From Fidelibacterota bacterium (GTDB lineage Bacteria; Fidelibacterota; Marinisomatia; Marinisomatales; TCS56), in the NCBI GenBank assembly GCA_043822705.1, contig JBDRBK010000005.1, forward strand, positions 1 through 31,691: a DNA stretch of 31,691 nt. The letters run 5' to 3'. Positions 28,701 to 31,691 of this stretch are shown piece by piece. Made by a program: the position numbers and the translations under genes. The notes beneath the pieces are model-generated. The model saw only the letters and a list, made by a program, of their open reading frames with translations, was not told the origin of the DNA and did not search any database. Positions within the stretch are counted from its first letter, which is position 1. Each line of letters opens with the position of its first letter.

Positions 28701-29151
28701 CGGTATTTTCAACGGGGTAATCATTGCGGATGATCACATCATTGCGATAAATATTATGCTTGATGGTAGCCGGTGGCGTGTTGGGGTCATAAGACCAGTC
28801 CAGGTCAATCCGGTCGGGAAATATTTCGTACGAGGCGGTCAGGTTAGCCCGACCCGGGGGGCGCAGCATCTGCGTCCAGAAACCCAGTTCCATACTGTAC
28901 CCACTACCAGTCATCGGGATAGCAGAAACAAACGGTTGTCCAACGATCACTGAAACCGATCCGACCAGGCGTTCCTCACCCACTTGAGCCGGTGCCAGGT
29001 AGCCGCTCATCAGTCCGGTACCACCGTTTATTATTACATGGTCCGACGTATACCCGGCAAAAGTCATTATCAGCAGCCAGGGAATCAACAGCACAGCCGA
29101 TCGCAACGGACTCCTGATGTGAGTAACCATATTACTTTTATTTGAATTCAT
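22741..29151 (-). CDS. 2136-aa secreted multidomain protein (FN3-like, LamG, CnaB/Ig-like, central Ser/Thr-rich domain, T9SS-type CTD)
   Basis: Signal-like N-terminus; LamG motifs SLYFNGTDDY, TVEFWLRP, WTHIALV, FRGNLDDLLFWN; TDxDGxY repeats; QNFPNPFNPNT...SGVY...KMVLLK. Confidence 0.88.
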   Translation of the reverse strand: MNSNKSNMVTHIRSPLRSAVLLIPWLLIMTFAGYTSDHVIINGGTGLMSGYLAPAQVGEERLVGSVSVIVGQPFVSAIPMTGSGYSMELGFWTQMLRPPGRANLTASYEIFPDRIDLDWSYDPNTPPATIKHNIYRNDVIIRNDYPVENTGYTDDAVELNVGTEYSYKILGKNSFGWTVEPTTAVGKTSTVGSVSGNIATSLGTKIPNAKLTLTPNWGTSLYFNGTDDYATVPDGDEFEIVDNTDLPEATVEFWLRPTRVADEALISKGSHWEIGLLNLSGYSKLIFKVNEVIVMTSDATIGVDEWTHIALVKTVGTDGNAVLKFFINGQAATINSGQTAYTLVHSDQVSDIVLIGKSTSGLFFRGNLDDLLFWNEARSATDLARDYNRYLYYQTLGEVNYPHMTAQFNMDGGSGSIVTNAVDQTKNGTIASLTVDTWSTAKPPVYATAYTDLDGNYQINNINYGSGVNFTLTPTKEYHDFNPTYRLVYLADATPVANGQNFTVTNLMSITGFVYYDTDNTEGIQCGESNVQIWVNGVFKGVMTDKDGFYRVEVEPGADVNIKPYKVSREMVDFSPYSTDFTNVIINRTANFIDLKTRTIRGTVTGGICECPLGPRGVAKVELRPSSGLFNKSVTVDASGNYFFLNLPPQSYQLVVNINETGTYNPAVPELIAMDEYFANSGKSVNTEESFSQIDSLWIGEEDTIVFNYRTAMQTSITGFPINELGHKQFRQNVRDTLDLFAFERYWDNFDCPVDSGTYKIVDLISDRSDTVSATFSSDGLYRYGLLPGQPNISPTGSPPYSKSIEVIATDNLGRPAVVRTARAVVLGHKPQQMDFTTTAPDIPFLILRRPPGDQSVSEFTSSQSQCTEIGFTMGTSMGYSQEYSAKLGVGVTTSIGWIVATELDMETTYEMTSGISASFSASSNVSQKVCLSCETSYSTSDVEEVLGNRGDLFVGGALNLLYGETKVLDLIYANDVYQYALTSEVIFVPDGFATTFVYTRGYIEDYLVPELEFLAMTDSTMLESVRRWNNILAREDSLRWIAEDTVNYSFEGGAGAFSMSRTSEVEKAASFEIGMEINTEFAQKIGFSLNDAAGFEFTTKFNFGFNMGFNTSSTQTNSNTSSFTLEDDDFGDDYSVSVGSDPVYGTPVFHVIAGNSSCPYETWYNEEGTIVTTPRDVPYMEWQAPGGTISNILPDDVALLSVLLRNDQDEERTYFLSFVESSNPLGADVSINGGSDPIPYTLAAYAADSAQIAVWCGPDDYYEYENLQLKFAPECEANYAGVTDGFTLPFTVNFARPCTEAEIYDPSNNWVININNNDTLDIVTTGFDLKQSHFDQLWLQYRPLGGDAWFTINDILEADTLRLYNMVAAVLRWPVGDLLDGIYDIRLRSICLEGLLTNELPPLRGTIDRVKPTVIGAPEPTDQVLNMNDEIAVNLTEAINPATVLRSNVILYDGQAGGQITDIEVSVSNERIVIIPQIHNSFLENHFVEATIFGFEDMYGNPGDTIHWSFQVNRNPIAWNVPATDLMAIIGETNQFSIPLNNIGSSAKAFEITDLPEWLTANPKVGEINPGGSFNIQFTIDPNLNVGEFSVVIYAATPDGREPLAVNVVSMCPYPVWAFEPRDYQYSMNVTARIFVKGTQSLDEYDRLGAFVNGECRGLINIEHNVLLDDYIAYLTVYSDEYSGDIVDFHVWDRTGCTEYWQVDTTLIFTGDTYAGTPMTPLALNANGAVAQELALTRGYTWFSFNLESELAGNLDSLFSDFRLQEGDRLIGLEKYAQYSLLDKSWSGPLAETGLQLGRMYYSDLDTANTLDYVGFPVGPDTIDIAIANGWNWVGYLPSKNFNINDALYSLNSGSDDLVKDQFSYAQYLEGYGWIGSLRWLRPGYGYKLWSAAIDTLVYPTDAYRSFEPPPLARFDGSELPKTRWQANPNQFRTSMTATLLLESDTVGINDPADAVAAFVGDEVRGVARPIYVPALEQYRVFLMIYGTAGETISLKIHEAESGITYQANEIFTFRADDIIGNPAQPVELTRAALRVGDYGYVPDVYSLSQNFPNPFNPNTKLGFGIPEDARVKIRIFNLLGQEVRTLVDENLTAGYRYVVWNSTNEGGRPVTSGVYIVVMESKNFREVRKMVLLK

Positions 29152-29208
29152 CAGGTTATCCTTTCAATCCAAAGTTTATTTCCTAAAAAACGTTTCGGAT
29201 AAAGGAAC

Positions 29209-30888
29209 CTAATTATTCACCTGTTTTTCAAGGGCTTCAAGTCGTTTGACTAAATCATCAATGGCAATTTGTTGCCGATCGATCAGTTGTTGCTGCTCCT
29301 GAATAGCAGCAATCGCCAGGACCGAAAAATCTTCATATGTTAATCCAAGATAATCCTCATTTGCTTTCACAATATCAAGATCGGGAAATACTTCCTGGAC
29401 ATCCTGGGCAATGAAACCAATTGATTTTGGTTCGGAATCATCTTCGGTTTTCATATGATAAGTACTTGGCTTTAAGCCCAGCACTTTCGGTAAAACACTG
29501 CCGAGTGGCTCAATATTCTTCTTCAACCGGCGATCGCTGGAATGACCATAGGCGCCATCATCATCGTCGATCCAGCCTTCACCGCCAACACTGCAATGGA
29601 ATACCAGATCCTCATCCCCGGACTCATTATCGATACCAAAATCCCAATAGTCGGTACCGGCTTCCGAGCCGGAAGGTAGTTGAAGTCGTAGACTATAGGA
29701 ATTGGCATTGTCTGCTACCTTAGGGCCAATAATATGCATACTGCGCCCCGGGCTGGACGTACCAATGCCAACATTACCATTTGAAATAACCATATCAGCA
29801 ATGGAGCCAGTACGGTAAAAGGCAAACTGTGAACTGGTATTAAACCACATAGTGCTGCTGGAGATACCAAGACCATAGGAAGCAGCTGCCGTGCCACTTT
29901 TATATAGCAGAATTTGATACTCATCATAGGTGTTCACCGGAAGTTCAGCGACATTATTCACTATTTGCAGGTTACTCACCGGTGTTGTCGTTCCGACGGC
30001 CAGTTTGGATTGAATTGCAGTGCCGTTGGTATATTCCCCACCCCAGTTCAATATCAACTGATCCCATGATGTATTACCAAGTATTGCCAGGTTGCGATCA
30101 TCGCCGGAACTAGCTGACCCACCCTGTATCCAGACATCATAAATGTCGTCGGGATAATCATTCCGTATTTTTCCGCGGACATCAAGCGTGTTTGTTGGTG
30201 CAGCGGTGCCGATACCAATTGTACCATTGGCCCGTACATGGAAAATTGTTGAATAGTCTGCCGTGGCACTTTGACGGCCGACCACCGAATAACTATCCTG
30301 GGAATCGTTACCATCGATGCCAAACATCAGATGGGCGCTGGCGGGACCCTTGATAAAAGTACCGGACGTACTGCCGCCGGCCAGATTTATCGGATGGAGG
30401 CTACCGGTAAGGACCTGATGCGTTGCATTCGCAATTTGAGCGGAAAAACCTCCCACATCCAGCTTAAAGCTGGGTGAAGCCGTGCCGATACCCACATTAC
30501 CATCCTGCGGAAAAACATTGGTGATACCATTCATGCCGGCCATGACCGCATACGGGGATAGCGTCAGCTTGGTGCGCGGGCTTAATTCCGCGGCTCCATC
30601 TATGGAAATCCCCAGCCAGTAGCTGAGATTGTAATCCAGGCCGGCCAAACTGTTAACCGACCCTAGCAAAGCCGAATAGACACCATTGGTGACAGTCAGT
30701 GTCTGGGTTTCATTCCAGACGGCCGTGCCGCTGGTGGAAACAGTGTACAACTTGAATTGAATATTATAACTACCCTGAATAGACGCACCCGTATCATCGC
30801 GGATTACGCCCTGGATACTGAGTGTTTGCCCGAAAGACAGTGAAATGGCTATTAATAAAATTCCGGTCGCTAGTATGAATTGACGCAT
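29209..30888 (-). CDS. Secreted tail-fibre-like trimeric protein with C-terminal peptidase S74 intramolecular chaperone
   Basis: Sec signal peptide; N-domain SIQGVIRD...VWNETQ...NGVYSALLG...SPYA; four GNVGIGTxxP-type repeats; SSDRRLKKNI...GFIAQDV...coiled coil. RBS AAGGAGG. Confidence 0.9.
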   Translation of the reverse strand: MRQFILATGILLIAISLSFGQTLSIQGVIRDDTGASIQGSYNIQFKLYTVSTSGTAVWNETQTLTVTNGVYSALLGSVNSLAGLDYNLSYWLGISIDGAAELSPRTKLTLSPYAVMAGMNGITNVFPQDGNVGIGTASPSFKLDVGGFSAQIANATHQVLTGSLHPINLAGGSTSGTFIKGPASAHLMFGIDGNDSQDSYSVVGRQSATADYSTIFHVRANGTIGIGTAAPTNTLDVRGKIRNDYPDDIYDVWIQGGSASSGDDRNLAILGNTSWDQLILNWGGEYTNGTAIQSKLAVGTTTPVSNLQIVNNVAELPVNTYDEYQILLYKSGTAAASYGLGISSSTMWFNTSSQFAFYRTGSIADMVISNGNVGIGTSSPGRSMHIIGPKVADNANSYSLRLQLPSGSEAGTDYWDFGIDNESGDEDLVFHCSVGGEGWIDDDDGAYGHSSDRRLKKNIEPLGSVLPKVLGLKPSTYHMKTEDDSEPKSIGFIAQDVQEVFPDLDIVKANEDYLGLTYEDFSVLAIAAIQEQQQLIDRQQIAIDDLVKRLEALEKQVNN

Positions 30889-31184
30889 GATGGCCTCCTT
30901 GGTAGCATTACGCTTGATTTAACAATGGTCGTTATTCATGATAGAATTTTAAGGTGGTGCTGGCGATATAAGAATTCAGAAGTAAATATACCTACTGGTA
31001 CATGCAGGTACCGGTACAGCCAAACGCTGGTATCGGGCAGGGGGCGCCTGCAAAAATGATAAGTTAAGTTATCCAACTGTTCCCTGATTGGTTACTTAAA
31101 TTTGGTCCGATACTGCCAATATATCAAATTATTTTGATTGGTGGATATAAAGAAATATTCACTGTTCTGATAGCCCCGGCTGCA

Positions 31185-31200
31185 TTCGCCCGCGGGCGAA
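31185..31200. repeat. Perfect 16-bp palindrome at the distal end of the GIY-YIG array
   Basis: TTCGCCCGCGGGCGAA is self-complementary. Confidence 0.7.
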
Positions 31201-31248
31201 CTTTCACGTTGTCGACTGCACTCCTGCGAGACAAAGTCGAGTGAATAA

Positions 31249-31311
31249 GTGGCGTCCGCCCCAGGCGGATAAAAGTCGAACTTTACGCACCTATGGCGCG
31301 TCCCGTCCGAA
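31249..31311 (-). pseudogene. ssrA: Degenerate tmRNA 3'-end fragment, copy 1 (two 19-nt insertions; acceptor strand partly deleted)
   Basis: Identical to copy 2 from 31254 onward, but GTGGAGGCGGGGAG is reduced to GTGGCG. Confidence 0.55.
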
Positions 31312-31542
31312 TTGTTGATCCAACCACGCCCGACCCTTCCCGCTTTTCAGGAATTTCTCTCGTTCCCTGGCCGATCGATAATCGGAATATTCTTCGGTGA
31401 GCAATACATGAAAATCCCCGAGTATTTTCTGCACAGTTGATTTTGCCGACTGGTGCTCTTTTATCCTGCGGGCAAGATTATTGGTAATACCCACGTATCT
31501 TTTGTTCTTGGTTTTACCAGTTAACACATAGACCGTAATCAT
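31291..31542 (-). CDS. Small stand-alone GIY-YIG nuclease (UPF0213/SLX1-like), 83 aa
   Basis: VYVL...RYVGITNNLARRIKEH...AREREKFLKSG with the catalytic Tyr/Arg/His/Glu pattern. Confidence 0.92.
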   Translation of the reverse strand: MITVYVLTGKTKNKRYVGITNNLARRIKEHQSAKSTVQKILGDFHVLLTEEYSDYRSAREREKFLKSGKGRAWLDQQFGRDAP

Positions 31543-31560
31543 ATATAATCAATTCTTTCA

Positions 31561-31631
31561 GTGGAGGCGGGGAGTCCGCCCCAGGCGGATAAAAGTCGAA
31601 CTTTACGCACCTATGGCGCGTCCCGTCCGAA
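31561..31631 (-). pseudogene. ssrA: tmRNA 3'-end fragment, copy 2, interrupted by two 19-nt hairpin insertions
   Basis: Minus strand TTCGGACGGGA[19]GTTCGACT[19]CTCCCCGCCTCCAC. Without the inserts it reads GGAC-GGGAG-TTCGACT-CTCCC-CGCCTCC-AC: T-arm plus Ala-type acceptor strand, preceded by the tmRNA-typical GGAC. Confidence 0.75.
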
Positions 31632-31691
31632 TTGTTGATCCAACCACGCCCGACCCTTCCCGCTTTTCAGGAATTTCTCTCGTTCCCTGGC
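31611..31691 (-). CDS. Second GIY-YIG nuclease copy, 3' end only
   Basis: Identical to 31291-31371 (AREREKFLKSGKGRAWLDQQFGRDAP*). Confidence 0.85.
   Translation of the reverse strand, partial: AREREKFLKSGKGRAWLDQQFGRDAP

Larger units (their letters stand above)
31254..31691. repeat. Tandem direct repeat, 320-bp period, truncated by the window end
   Basis: 31254-31371 is identical to 31574-31691 (118 bp visible). Confidence 0.95.

Noticed and set aside
29209..30888. Prophage tail gene or DGR target
   Set aside because: It has a Sec signal peptide and no phage neighbours; no reverse transcriptase or TR/VR repeat pair was seen in the window.
31561..31631. Intact tRNA-Ala or functional tmRNA gene
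   Set aside because: Only the T-arm and acceptor 3' strand are present, both interrupted, and the upstream sequence is GIY-YIG coding DNA.
31254..31691. CRISPR array or integron cassette array
   Set aside because: The repeat includes the coding sequence itself, there are no unique spacers or cas/intI genes, and no convincing attC core sites were seen.

Overview
Bacterial genomic DNA, most likely from an FCB-group organism (inferred from the 'QNYPNPFNP...KMILLK' T9SS/FlgD-type C-terminal sorting domains and the TonB-dependent receptor type). Nearly all genes are on the minus strand. From left to right: a partial TonB-dependent receptor, a 5'-truncated phoU, tag, a patatin and a flavin reductase. 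Next is a tightly coupled six-gene redox operon: a di-heme-b-like membrane protein, a membrane-anchored 2x[4Fe-4S]/FAD/NAD(P)H oxidoreductase with a circularly permuted TrxR-like fold, three multiheme c-type cytochromes (48 CxxCH plus 4 longer motifs) and a probable outer-membrane beta-barrel. Then come a ZraSR/ZraP-like sigma-54 module with its promoter and enhancer, a fucose-isomerase-like gene, and a TetR-associated lipid cluster with two matching candidate operators. After that is a three-gene secreted-fibre operon: a signal-peptide-bearing tail-fibre-like protein with a peptidase S74 chaperone domain, a 2136-aa LamG/Ig protein containing two long Ser/Thr-rich beta-hairpin-like segments, and a small CTD protein. 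At the right edge is a 320-bp tandem array of small GIY-YIG nuclease genes. Each unit ends in a tmRNA 3'-end fragment split by two inverted 19-nt 'hairpin+TAAA' insertions. The most promising candidates for undescribed systems are the GIY-YIG/tmRNA array, the NAD(P)H-to-surface multiheme conduit and the fibre plus putative pore-former operon. All family calls come from motif reading by eye; no searches were run.
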